A DNA stretch of 38,397 nt from a virus. The notes beneath the pieces were generated by a model. That model searched no databases, was not told the origin of the DNA, and saw only the letters and a program-made list of their open reading frames with translations. Position 1 is the first letter of the stretch. Each line of letters begins with the position of its first letter. The DNA lies in the IMG/VR virus record IMGVR_UViG_3300019477_000079, positions 1 to 38,397 of that record; one strand, 5' to 3'. Position numbers and translations under genes: made by a program. This document shows positions 1 through 9,367 of this stretch, in pieces.

Positions 1-127
1 GACAAGTACGATATTGAGCCTGGTAATCTTAACGGACTCAAAGAGGCAATCGCAAAAGATGGCGAACTGCTAGAAGAAAGAGCAGAAAGAGAAGGCTTAT
101 CAGTTGAACAGTACAAGTACCAGAAGA
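1..127. repeat. 127-bp terminal direct repeat, copy 1 (assembly overlap of a circular or terminally redundant genome)
   Basis: Bases 1-127 are identical base for base to 38271-38397. The unique genome length is therefore 38270 bp. Confidence 0.95.
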
Positions 128-561
128 AACTCGAGGCGGAAAACAGAAGGCTTGAAGCAGAGCAGAGAAAAAGAGCTGCCAAAGAGCAAGCAGACGCACT
201 GTACGAACAGTGGGAATCAGAATCCGCTGAACTGAGAAATGTGTATCCACACTTTAATCTTAAGAAAGAGGCTAGTGAGAATCCTGAATTCATGAGCTAC
301 CTTGAATCTGGAATGAGTGTAAGGAAAGCATTTGAAGCAGCACATATACAGGAGCTAATCTCTGGAGCTATTCAGATGGCAACCAAGGAAACTAGGAAGA
401 ACACTATTGACACAGTAAGAGCAAGGGGGCTAAGACCACGTGAAAACGGTATGCAGTCCAAAGCTCCGCTAAAGGTCAAGAAGAACATTTCAAATCTCAG
501 TAACGAAGATATGGATAGAATCAATAAGCGTGTAGCTAGAGGTGAAACCGTTACCTTCTAA
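1..561 (+). CDS. scaffolding protein, C-terminal part (gene starts at 37917 and wraps across the window ends)
   Basis: Frame 1 is open from base 1 with no start codon (DKYDIEPGNLNGLKEAIAKDGELLEER...). It is the in-frame continuation of the ORF that starts at ATG 37917. The joined product is 304 aa, charged and helical (EQRKRAAKEQADALYEQWE), and lies between the portal/protease and capsid genes. The track ORF 241-561 is only its tail. Confidence 0.75.
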   Translation, partial: DKYDIEPGNLNGLKEAIAKDGELLEERAEREGLSVEQYKYQKKLEAENRRLEAEQRKRAAKEQADALYEQWESESAELRNVYPHFNLKKEASENPEFMSYLESGMSVRKAFEAAHIQELISGAIQMATKETRKNTIDTVRARGLRPRENGMQSKAPLKVKKNISNLSNEDMDRINKRVARGETVTF

Positions 562-586
562 CTGAGTACTGAGTAAGGGGGAAACA

Positions 587-1561
587 ATGAACGTTAGAGA
601 CTATTTCCTTTTCGGAAATCCAAACACAAATATCACTACAGATAGCAATCTGACGCCGGATATGAAGGAGTACTACGATAAGAATCTTATCAGACTCACA
701 GGTCCGCAGCTAATTCACGACCAGTTTGCACAGAAGAGACCAATTCCAAAGAATGGCGGTAAGGTTATTAAATTCAGACAGTACAGGCCGTTTCCAAAGG
801 CACTAACACCACTTACAGAGGGTGTAACACCGGACGGAAGAAAGCTCCAGATGACAGAGGTATCTGCAACAATCAAGCAGTACGGCGATTACGTAACTCT
901 ATCAGATATGCTGCTTCTCACAGCGCTAGATAACAACCTGCTAGAGTCACAGCAGCTGCTATCTGATCAGGCAGGAAGAACACTTGATACAGTTACAAGA
1001 GAGGTTATGCACTCAGGCACCAACGTACTTTACGCAGGCGGCAAGTCGGCAAGAGCGGCACTAACCAAGGATGACAAGCTAACAGTAGATACAGTCAAGA
1101 GAGCTGCTAGAATTCTTAAGAATGCTAACGCTCCAAAGATTGACAAGTACTACGTTGCTATCATCAATCCTGATACCTCGTACGACCTACAGTCTGATGA
1201 GGCATGGATCGATGCATCAAAGTATGCAGGTTCAACTCAGATCTTCGAGGGAGAGGTTGGAAAGATTGCAGGAGTAAGATTTATCGAGTCTACAGAGGCT
1301 AAAATCTTCAACGAGAAGAGCACATCCGGAGCTAGAATCTATGGAACACTATTCCTAGGTGCTAACGCATACGGAACTACCGAGATTGAAGGTGGCGGAC
1401 TCGAGATGATTGTTAAACAGAAGGGTTCAGCAGGAACAGCAGACCCACTTAATCAGAGAGCAACTGCAGGATGGAAGGCTGCAAAGACCGCAGAACTCCT
1501 AGTCAGCCCTTACATCGTAAGATGTGAGCACTGCGTAACACTGGAATCTGATCCAAACTAA
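587..1561 (+). CDS. major capsid protein (HK97 fold, N4-gp56-like type)
   Basis: 324 aa with RBS GGGGGA upstream, directly after the scaffold gene. The pattern PQLIHDQFAQKRPIPKNGGKVIKFRQY...TPLTEGVTP...IKQYGDYVTLSD...YVAIINPD was recognised by eye as N4-gp56-family capsid protein. Needs HMM confirmation. Confidence 0.88.
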   Translation: MNVRDYFLFGNPNTNITTDSNLTPDMKEYYDKNLIRLTGPQLIHDQFAQKRPIPKNGGKVIKFRQYRPFPKALTPLTEGVTPDGRKLQMTEVSATIKQYGDYVTLSDMLLLTALDNNLLESQQLLSDQAGRTLDTVTREVMHSGTNVLYAGGKSARAALTKDDKLTVDTVKRAARILKNANAPKIDKYYVAIINPDTSYDLQSDEAWIDASKYAGSTQIFEGEVGKIAGVRFIESTEAKIFNEKSTSGARIYGTLFLGANAYGTTEIEGGGLEMIVKQKGSAGTADPLNQRATAGWKAAKTAELLVSPYIVRCEHCVTLESDPN

Positions 1562-1569
1562 TTCATAAA

Positions 1570-1595
1570 GCTAGCCTGTAATTCTGCAGGCTAGC
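1570..1595 (+). other. stem-loop just after the capsid gene
   Basis: GCTAGCCTG (1570-1578) pairs with CAGGCTAGC (1587-1595) around an 8-nt loop, 9 nt after the stop codon. There is no U-tract, so it is more likely an RNA-stabilising or attenuating hairpin than a full terminator. Confidence 0.4.
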
Positions 1596-1620
1596 AATAT
1601 TGATATAAGGAGAAAGAATT

Positions 1621-1974
1621 ATGGCAAAGAAATACGAAGAGCTAGAAGCTGTTGAAACTATGGCAGATGAAGAGGCTACTGAGGCGGTAGAAAATACTGC
1701 AGATGAAGGGGTTGCTGAAAATACTGCTTCGGTAAGCGATGATTACCTAGAAGAACTTGTCGAGATTATGCTGTTCAAAGATTCAGATAAATACTCTGAT
1801 GATCTAGTAGTTACACTTAACGGCAAGAACTACCAGATTAAGAGAGGCGTCAAGGTTATGGTGCCGAGAAAAGTGCAGCTAGTAATTGAGGACTCTATGA
1901 AGCAGGCAGGGCTTGCCGCTGACTACGAAGAAGAGGCGCAGCAACAGTACAAGGAACTTGAGAATAGGCTATAA
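1621..1974 (+). CDS. hypothetical acidic protein (head module by position)
   Basis: 117 aa, RBS AAGGAGA. The N-terminal third is very acidic (EELEAVETMADEEATEAVENTADEG) and is followed by a compact C-terminal domain. Function is supported only by position after the capsid gene. Confidence 0.6.
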   Translation: MAKKYEELEAVETMADEEATEAVENTADEGVAENTASVSDDYLEELVEIMLFKDSDKYSDDLVVTLNGKNYQIKRGVKVMVPRKVQLVIEDSMKQAGLAADYEEEAQQQYKELENRL

Positions 1975-2037
1975 GGCAGCTATAACGCTGTGTAAAGCGA
2001 GGGCTGAGGCTCTCGCTTAATTTATTAAGGAGATAGT

Positions 2038-2940
2038 ATGAAAAGAATCAGCGTAACGGTAGATATAAACAAAGTAAAGTCCATCATTGTTAATGGACTA
2101 GTACAGTTCGATGATGATGCAGCAATCGATATCAAGCTGCTTAATGGTAGTAGCTCGTTTGATTTCTCGGAGTATACCGCTGTAACAATCGAAATTATCC
2201 GTCCAGACGGAAAAGCCTTTGTTGATTGCATAGGAGACCACTTAACGGTTGAAGATGCAACGCAAGGATTTCTAACATATAAGCCGGTTCCAGAAGTCAC
2301 AAAACTTGTGGGACTATACTTCGTTGATATATCCATATACACAAACGGTAAGAAGATGACTACATCAAGATTTACATACAACGTATCAGATGGAAACATA
2401 GATAATACCGAGATCGAGAAAGAAGAATATTACCCGGTACTTCTTGCACTTGTAAAAGAGGTATCGACGTATAAGGCTGCAGAAGAGGCAAGGGAGCGAG
2501 CAGAGAAGTTAAGAGCGAGCGAAACCGCAGGTATCATCGCGCAGGCGAATAAAATTCTAGAGAACATCCAGGAGAAACAAGGGTATCTAGATGACTTGTA
2601 TAGCGCATTTGTGCAGATAGCCAACGAGATAACCGGTAGTAACTTTGATGTTACATCGCTTATAACAGCATCTAGCCTTGAAACCAGATTAAAAGGTATC
2701 TATCCAATCAAAAACGGTAAAGATGGAATTGAAGAAGGACAGCTAGGGTTCGACAAAACAAAAGGGCTGCTATACATAGGAGGTGCAGAAGTTAAGGTGT
2801 TAAACAAGCCGGAAGTTGCTATATCAGGAACTGAACCAGAAGATAAGAGCTTATTATGGCTAGACAACGTGAGCGGTAAGGTTAAATACTACGCTGGCAG
2901 TACATGGAGTGAGGCTAAATGCTTTGCAGTATATAAGTAG
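2038..2940 (+). CDS. tail fibre / receptor-binding-type structural protein (tentative)
   Basis: 300 aa, RBS AAGGAGA. The N-terminal ~120 aa resemble the Ig-like BppU-N type domain of Gram-positive phage baseplate/fibre proteins (IDIKLLNGSSSFDFSEYTAVTIEIIRPDGKAF...). A central coiled coil follows (KAAEEARERAEKLRASE), then a fibre-tip-like C-terminus (LLYIGGAEVKVLN...LLWLDNVSGKVKYY). Confidence 0.6.
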   Translation: MKRISVTVDINKVKSIIVNGLVQFDDDAAIDIKLLNGSSSFDFSEYTAVTIEIIRPDGKAFVDCIGDHLTVEDATQGFLTYKPVPEVTKLVGLYFVDISIYTNGKKMTTSRFTYNVSDGNIDNTEIEKEEYYPVLLALVKEVSTYKAAEEARERAEKLRASETAGIIAQANKILENIQEKQGYLDDLYSAFVQIANEITGSNFDVTSLITASSLETRLKGIYPIKNGKDGIEEGQLGFDKTKGLLYIGGAEVKVLNKPEVAISGTEPEDKSLLWLDNVSGKVKYYAGSTWSEAKCFAVYK

Positions 2941-2948
2941 GTGATGAC

Positions 2949-4703
2949 ATGGCAACAACTCTATTTAATCAGTGGGTGATACATAGTGGACCTAGAATTA
3001 GACTTACCGCCACAACAGATTATTATCGCGACGGCGCGTATATGTATTACCGAATTAACACATATATCCACAACCTAGACTATAGCCAGTCGTGGTATGG
3101 GTGGTACCTAGATATGGCAGTGTACATAGACGGACAATATATGGGCACCACGAGGTTAAAACAGAATAAACCTATCAGATGGTCAGGTATTAGTAATTCG
3201 ACACCGTATTATGCTGTTAAGCGTGTTTCTGGCAATGCCCATATCAAGATTGTATTAACATCAAACAAACCTAGATACGGACAGAGAGTGTGGGAAAGCG
3301 GCGGAGCGTTACCGGCACCGCCATTAAGCACTGCCGGATTATTAACACTAAAAGATATAACTGAATCCGGAATGATAGTTAATATAAGCGGACTACCTAC
3401 AGGATATGAAAAAGAGCTCCGCTTTTGGCATAGGGCAAAAGCGGAGGCGTGGAACCATATTGGAAATAAAACTGTATCTAACAGCAGTAGAGATTGTAGC
3501 ATGGCGTTTAATGACCTCATGTCAAATACTGACTACGAGATATCAGTAGAAGAATTCGTGGATGGCTACAAGATAACTTCGTTTGATTCAGTAATTACGT
3601 TACCTAGTGCAAAAGGAGAACTGACCACAACTACTACAGAAAGCGAATTGATAGCGGTTGAAGAGGTTAATTCAAACATTTTATACGCTAGAACGCTAGA
3701 GTGGTATATAAGGCCAGCAGGTGCAGGAAATTTTCAGTACATGGGAGAAGATGAATTACCTGCAGGTGTAAGCACAAAGGCGAGGAAGTTTGAAAAACTC
3801 ACAACAGGCTGTAGATATGATGTTAGAACGCTCATTAAACGCAAGGATAACGTTTTAAAAGAGACTGTTATATCAGATTCGCTCAAACCTAGTAGCGCAG
3901 TTATAAAAGCCGAATCAGATACATACAGCAGCATACAGGTGAATGTATCTCATATGGTGAATACCGGATGGGAACGCACCATAAAAGCGAAGTATAAAGC
4001 TGCGTTTGAATCAGAATATAGAGAAGAGAGCGTGACAACAGGAAATGAAAGCGCACTTATAAACCTAAAGAACCTTAAAGCTTTTACTGATTATGAAGTC
4101 GTAGTTGAAATCTATAGAGATTCCCAGATTATAAAGTCTTGGACTGAAAGAGTTAAGACAAGGGAAATGGGGTTTGTTGCAATTCCTGTTATCAAAAGCA
4201 TTGAATCCATTATCAGAACTAAAGATGCTGTTATCAATTGGCTTGTAAACGATGACAGAGACGAAATGAGCTATGACGTTGAATATAAGATTGGTGAAAG
4301 AGAGTGGATTAAGCTTATAACGACTAAGTATAAACCGAAGCTCACAATAACTTTACCTAGCGGTAATACTGAATATCTAATCAGGATAAAAGGTTATGCT
4401 ACAGATTCAACAAAGATATCTTATTCTCTAGAAGTACCAGTATATACATATCATCGCTTCGAGTATGACAGCGTTGTTAATGCGCAAAACGAAATCGCTT
4501 TAACAAGTACTGAGGTAAATAGACTTATACGCTTTATCAATAAAAAAGTTGGTAGCAGCTTAACGTTTGTTGAAGAGGGCGAATCTATCACTTTAGAAAA
4601 GCATAATGAACTAAGAAGGTTGTTAGCTTTAAGCACGATTCCTAGCGGAGATATCAAAGCCGTAGACTGGATATCGCTCAAAAACAAGGTAAATGAGGGT
4701 TAA
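2949..4703 (+). CDS. structural protein with FN3/Ig-like repeats (fibre or decoration type)
   Basis: 584 aa. It has at least four ~90-aa segments ending in FN3-like strands (NTDYEISVEEF, CRYDVRTLIKR, FTDYEVVVEIYR, NTEYLIRIKGY). It lies inside the tail/fibre block. Confidence 0.6.
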   Translation: MATTLFNQWVIHSGPRIRLTATTDYYRDGAYMYYRINTYIHNLDYSQSWYGWYLDMAVYIDGQYMGTTRLKQNKPIRWSGISNSTPYYAVKRVSGNAHIKIVLTSNKPRYGQRVWESGGALPAPPLSTAGLLTLKDITESGMIVNISGLPTGYEKELRFWHRAKAEAWNHIGNKTVSNSSRDCSMAFNDLMSNTDYEISVEEFVDGYKITSFDSVITLPSAKGELTTTTTESELIAVEEVNSNILYARTLEWYIRPAGAGNFQYMGEDELPAGVSTKARKFEKLTTGCRYDVRTLIKRKDNVLKETVISDSLKPSSAVIKAESDTYSSIQVNVSHMVNTGWERTIKAKYKAAFESEYREESVTTGNESALINLKNLKAFTDYEVVVEIYRDSQIIKSWTERVKTREMGFVAIPVIKSIESIIRTKDAVINWLVNDDRDEMSYDVEYKIGEREWIKLITTKYKPKLTITLPSGNTEYLIRIKGYATDSTKISYSLEVPVYTYHRFEYDSVVNAQNEIALTSTEVNRLIRFINKKVGSSLTFVEEGESITLEKHNELRRLLALSTIPSGDIKAVDWISLKNKVNEG

Positions 4704-4705
4704 AT

Positions 4706-5071
4706 ATGAATACAGCAGAAGTAATTAAGACGGTTAACGATCGTTGTCCGAACACGTGTACTGACGAAGAAAAGATAGCGTATGTTAACGAGATTGAAAA
4801 TATAGTTCAGAGAGAACTATTAAATCTCGAAGAAAAAGACATGAAGAGGCAGGTCACTAGCGACACGCAAACAGAAGAGCTGCTACTAGAAAAGCCATTT
4901 GATTTAATTTATGTGTACTATGTGGCAGCTATGACTTGCCAAGCAATGGAAGAGTGGGATTCATTCAACGCTTGGCTGAGTCTGTATAATAGCCGAGCGG
5001 TAGACGCACGTAACTATTACATCACAAAAAGCAACAGATACAAGAACTTAAGAATTAAGAACTTCTTTTAG
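4706..5071 (+). CDS. small virion protein (possible head-tail adaptor/completion protein)
   Basis: 121 aa, tightly packed after the previous gene. The helical sequence with YVYYVAAMTCQAMEEWDSFNAWLSLYNS is reminiscent of adaptor-type proteins. The assignment is weak. Confidence 0.45.
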   Translation: MNTAEVIKTVNDRCPNTCTDEEKIAYVNEIENIVQRELLNLEEKDMKRQVTSDTQTEELLLEKPFDLIYVYYVAAMTCQAMEEWDSFNAWLSLYNSRAVDARNYYITKSNRYKNLRIKNFF

Positions 5072-5080
5072 GAGGCGCAT

Positions 5081-6676
5081 ATGCTACTCAAGGAAATACA
5101 GCCAAAGATAAATGGCAAGCAGTCGGTATTACAGTTCAAAGGATATAACGCAAATGCTGTAATAGATGACGGTGAGATGAGGGATATGTACAACTTGTCA
5201 TCAGATAAGTACCCTGTACTCTCTCAAAGAGCGCCAAGAAATATTATAGATATGCCAGTGCAACATCCAAGAGATATCATCGTAAAAAACAATGTGCCAT
5301 ACATCATAGATAGATATGAGGTAGATGGAGAGATAAGAACATTTATCAAATACTCTAAAGGTGGCACGGATTACCAAAAGCGAATAAACAACATCATGCC
5401 TAAAACTATGGTGGCACATAATAATAAAATCTGCATATGGCCAGATAAGGTGTATCTAGATATTACAGATAACACCGTAAAGCACATGGACGCATCAGTA
5501 AAGGCTACGGCAACAATTAAGCCAGGCAGCATATATCTAGTTGGTGCAGATTTATCTGAATTCTCTGTTGGTGATGCTGTTGAGATATCCGGATGCAAAA
5601 AGCAACCAGGTAATAACACAGTGATCGTGATCAAGAATATAGAAGGTAGCACGATTACCACTTATGAGAATTCATTTAGAATGCCTAGTGATGATGTGAC
5701 TAAAGAGTCATATGTTGAAGAGGAAGTAAAGCTCACACGAGAGATTCCAGATCTTGATTACGTTATGGAAAGCAATAATAGATTGTGGGGTTGTAGGAGC
5801 GAAGACAACACAATTTATGCTAGTAAGCTAGGAGATCCGCTTAATTGGAACTATTTCCAGTCGCTAGCAAACGATTCATACGCACTAGAGGTTGGTTCAG
5901 ATGGTGAATTTACAGGATGCGCTGCATATCCTACGCACCTAATCTTCTTCAAAGAACATCATATGCATAAAGTGTTCGGAAGTATGCCAAGTCAATATCA
6001 GCTATACAGCACTGAGTGTTTCGGAATAAGAAAAGGCTCTGATAAATCGGCTGTAATCGTGAATGGTGTATTGTACTATCATTCATTAACAGGCGTAATG
6101 GCTTATGATGGCGGCACATATCCGGTAATGATATCCGAAGCGTTCGGAGATTATCAGTTCAAATCAGCTGTCGGCGGCAGCAATGGTAAGAAATATTATA
6201 TTTCGATGCTAAATGAAAGCGAAAATAAGTACAATATCTTCACTTACGATATACTTCGCAGACTATGGCACAAGGAAGATGAAACAAAAGTAACAGCTTT
6301 TGCCAATGTGAATAACGAGCTTATATACATAGCAGACGGTAATATCTGGACTACTACAGGAAAACGTCCGGAAGATGATATTAAGTGGTTTGCTGTATTC
6401 GGACCATTTGATGAATTCGTAGAGAATATGAAGTCTTATAAGAAAATAAATATGAGACTAGATATGCAGCCAGGAGCACAGTTAAGGATAAGCACTCAGA
6501 ACAGCAGTGGTGAGTGGGAACCTATATATGAGTGCGAAACGGAGCGAGGAAAAACGCTTAGCGTACCAATTATCCCTAACAGGCAAGCAAAGTTCTCTAT
6601 AAAGATTGAAGGCGTGGGAAGGACAGATATTGAATCGCTTACAAGATACTATAGAGGTAGGAGTGATAGACCATGA
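5081..6676 (+). CDS. large virion structural protein (tail hub/nozzle candidate)
   Basis: 531 aa, RBS TAGGAGG. The composition is beta-rich with repeated aromatic-Gly motifs (LYYHSLTGVMAYDGG, KKYYISM, LIYIADGNIWT) that suggest a propeller-like fold. It sits in the structural operon. Confidence 0.55.
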   Translation: MLLKEIQPKINGKQSVLQFKGYNANAVIDDGEMRDMYNLSSDKYPVLSQRAPRNIIDMPVQHPRDIIVKNNVPYIIDRYEVDGEIRTFIKYSKGGTDYQKRINNIMPKTMVAHNNKICIWPDKVYLDITDNTVKHMDASVKATATIKPGSIYLVGADLSEFSVGDAVEISGCKKQPGNNTVIVIKNIEGSTITTYENSFRMPSDDVTKESYVEEEVKLTREIPDLDYVMESNNRLWGCRSEDNTIYASKLGDPLNWNYFQSLANDSYALEVGSDGEFTGCAAYPTHLIFFKEHHMHKVFGSMPSQYQLYSTECFGIRKGSDKSAVIVNGVLYYHSLTGVMAYDGGTYPVMISEAFGDYQFKSAVGGSNGKKYYISMLNESENKYNIFTYDILRRLWHKEDETKVTAFANVNNELIYIADGNIWTTTGKRPEDDIKWFAVFGPFDEFVENMKSYKKINMRLDMQPGAQLRISTQNSSGEWEPIYECETERGKTLSVPIIPNRQAKFSIKIEGVGRTDIESLTRYYRGRSDRP

Positions 6677-7743
6677 TAACTGTACCAAACAGAACAGATA
6701 TGTCTGACGAAAGCCTTGCACTCAGGACGATAGATGAAAACTTGCGAAAACTTGCAGATGAAGTACTCATGGAAATCATGAACGTATCAAAAGAGCCAAG
6801 CAAGAAAAAAGAAATATCTGAAAACAAGGTAAATAAAGAAGCACCTAGAGTCCATATTGCTTATGCAAGTAGCGGAGATGGCGCAGTGGGGTTCAGCACC
6901 ACGGATAGCACCGGAAGAACATATATAGGAATCTACACAGATTTTAAAGATATAGCTAGCGCAGATCCTAAAACGTATAAGTGGACGAAAGTCAAAGGCG
7001 ATAATGGTGTAAGCGTAAGCTCGTATACTAGGTGGTATTATTTAGCAGTAGAAACTCCAGAGAAACCAGCACTTAAAGTTCCGCCTAGACCGTGGACTAT
7101 AACAGAACCTAGCTACATAGAAGGGAGCCCAAACAATCTATACTATGTAGATCAGAGTATTTTCTCAGATGGAAGCTTTTACTACTCAGATGTTCAGGTG
7201 TCAAGCTCATATGCTGCAGCCAAAAATGCATTTATCAAGACTTTAGAAAATCATCAAAAGACATTAAAGCAACTTGAAGACTTAAGCAGACAGACGAAAA
7301 AAGAAATCGCAGATGCAGCGAACAGCATATCCAGAAAGATTAAGACAGAGTATTACTCGTCGGCCGATATGGACGATAAAATTGCTAATATCGAATCGCA
7401 AATAACACAAACAGATAACGCTGTAAATGTTAAGTTTAGCGAAGCTCTCAAAAACATAAACGATCTAAAATTTGATTCGGATAAAAAGTATAGCGAGATA
7501 GTAAGTACTATAAGGCTAGATAAGAACGGAATATCTATAGGCAAAAGCGGTAACAGAATATCCATGAATCTAGATAATGACAAGCTGAGGTTCATGCAAG
7601 AAGGAATAGAAGTTGCGTATATGAGCGATAACAAACTGTATATACAAAATGCGGAGGTGCTCAGCAGTATAAAGCTTGGCAAATTTGCGTTCATGCCGGA
7701 TACCGAAACAGGCAGTTTATCATTTGGAAAGGTGGAAGATTAA
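6673..7743 (+). CDS. tail fibre / host-specificity-type minor structural protein
   Basis: 356 aa with an ATGA start/stop overlap. The motif RVHIAYASSGDGAVGFSTTDSTGRTYIGIYTDF...YKWTKVKGDNG recurs in Gram-positive phage minor structural/fibre proteins. A coiled-coil middle is followed by a beta-rich C-terminus. Confidence 0.6.
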   Translation: MITVPNRTDMSDESLALRTIDENLRKLADEVLMEIMNVSKEPSKKKEISENKVNKEAPRVHIAYASSGDGAVGFSTTDSTGRTYIGIYTDFKDIASADPKTYKWTKVKGDNGVSVSSYTRWYYLAVETPEKPALKVPPRPWTITEPSYIEGSPNNLYYVDQSIFSDGSFYYSDVQVSSSYAAAKNAFIKTLENHQKTLKQLEDLSRQTKKEIADAANSISRKIKTEYYSSADMDDKIANIESQITQTDNAVNVKFSEALKNINDLKFDSDKKYSEIVSTIRLDKNGISIGKSGNRISMNLDNDKLRFMQEGIEVAYMSDNKLYIQNAEVLSSIKLGKFAFMPDTETGSLSFGKVED

Positions 7744-9050
7744 TGGCAAATACATGCATATATGAATTCATCCCGGTAGATAAAAAATACAGTTCCCTTG
7801 AAGAGGGATACGGATGCATTATACCGGGGTACTCAACGGTAACACCAGTGATTCGCGGCACGCTTACAGATAAAATGAAGCCTTACTATTTGTATGCGTC
7901 GACCTACGACGAAGAGGTAAGGCTGAAAACAGTTACTATTTGTGAAAACCAAAAAGTAAACGTGAACGAATTAAAGAGCCCAAATTCGTACTCAATAATC
8001 GAAAATGGAGATGAATTAAATTATAGATTCGAGCTCCCAGATGTACTAGTGCCGACTCACTATTTTTCGCCAGTATATCATGAATATGAACCGCTTATAG
8101 CATACATCAGCGCTGCAAACGAAAAGAATGCATTAAACGAAAGTGGTAAATGCATTACAAAATTGGCACTTTATGGCGAACCGAGAATCACAGTAGTTAA
8201 GAATCCTTACGAGTCAAACGCAGATGGAACGGCGAAAAAAGGCGGAAGCTATCGAACTGCACAGGTTCAAGTTGGATGGTTCCCTATAAACGTGAGTGGC
8301 GCGGCGAAGAAAGTAGATAAAATAACCTTAAGCGGAAAAATCAAAAGGTCGAATGAATCAGCTTACAAACCTACCAACATCACCACAAAACTAATCAAAA
8401 CAGATACTGATGCATCTGGGTGGGTTACATCAACATATGATGTAACTGTGGCAGTTAATAAATCGTATACACATAGCTTCGCACTATATGCATCAGATGG
8501 ACTAGGTGGTGATGGAGTTAGCCACATGTTTTTCCAATCCGCCTTTAAGTTGTTTGATTTTAGAGTAACCGGAAGAGGATTCGCGCTCGGCAAACCATCC
8601 GAAAGAGATGCGTTTGAGTGCGATTTAGACCTGGTTGTTACAAAAGGTGCAGAATTTAAAAGAGAAACAGTATTCAGAGGATCTGTTAGGGGACATAGAA
8701 ACGGAGTAGTGATTACCAATATAGAAATTGGAAAGAACTCCGTGCTAATGGATTCAACTAGATTTCCCGGCGCAAGATATATATTTGAACTAGCACTACC
8801 TAGAGATATGGTGGGAGAGCAAGTAGATGAGAGATGGCTACCAGAGCTGTATCCTGAAAAGATTTGTTCAGAGATATACCCTATATGTGCACTAGAAACG
8901 AATACAGAGTCGGGACTATATGAGCAATCAGCTAATGATATCTACCTCAAGGTATACCTAACGAGCGAGCCTAAAGAAGATATCAGAATCAATTGTAAGT
9001 TTACAAAATCTATGAGCCTGGAGGCTCAGAACGCTGCAGGAGGTAATTAA
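7743..9050 (+). CDS. virion structural protein (tail/baseplate-like, function unknown)
   Basis: 435 aa, translationally coupled (TAATG) on both sides, within the structural operon. No motif recognised. Confidence 0.55.
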   Translation: MANTCIYEFIPVDKKYSSLEEGYGCIIPGYSTVTPVIRGTLTDKMKPYYLYASTYDEEVRLKTVTICENQKVNVNELKSPNSYSIIENGDELNYRFELPDVLVPTHYFSPVYHEYEPLIAYISAANEKNALNESGKCITKLALYGEPRITVVKNPYESNADGTAKKGGSYRTAQVQVGWFPINVSGAAKKVDKITLSGKIKRSNESAYKPTNITTKLIKTDTDASGWVTSTYDVTVAVNKSYTHSFALYASDGLGGDGVSHMFFQSAFKLFDFRVTGRGFALGKPSERDAFECDLDLVVTKGAEFKRETVFRGSVRGHRNGVVITNIEIGKNSVLMDSTRFPGARYIFELALPRDMVGEQVDERWLPELYPEKICSEIYPICALETNTESGLYEQSANDIYLKVYLTSEPKEDIRINCKFTKSMSLEAQNAAGGN

Positions 9051-9358
9051 TGAGCGTAGGTTCAGTACATGGAATAACAACAGAAGTAAAAACTGTAACG
9101 AGAGATGTAGTTGTGGCCACAAATGGGGGAGTGGCAATGAGGTCTGTATCACAATCAGAATTAGGAATACCTTCGGATAGCAAAGTGATACTTGCACAAG
9201 TTCATCCAAAACACAGAGCAGGAGTAGACGATGTATGGACTGCAGTATTTTACGGGTATTCTTGGGATGATCAAAAAAGAAGTGTTGAAATTGCGGTAAA
9301 TGGAAGATTAACAGGTTTACAGAAACAAGAATTTGAAGTAAATGTTTTATATTACTAG
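9050..9358 (+). CDS. small structural-module protein, function unknown
   Basis: 102 aa with a TAATG overlap onto the upstream gene. Beta-rich. Confidence 0.55.
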   Translation: MSVGSVHGITTEVKTVTRDVVVATNGGVAMRSVSQSELGIPSDSKVILAQVHPKHRAGVDDVWTAVFYGYSWDDQKRSVEIAVNGRLTGLQKQEFEVNVLYY

Positions 9359-9367
9359 GAGGAATTT

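Noticed and set aside
38-250. Track ORF on the - strand (70 aa)
   Set aside because: It is antisense to the open scaffold reading frame that spans the window junction. It has no RBS and a leucine-rich shadow-frame composition.
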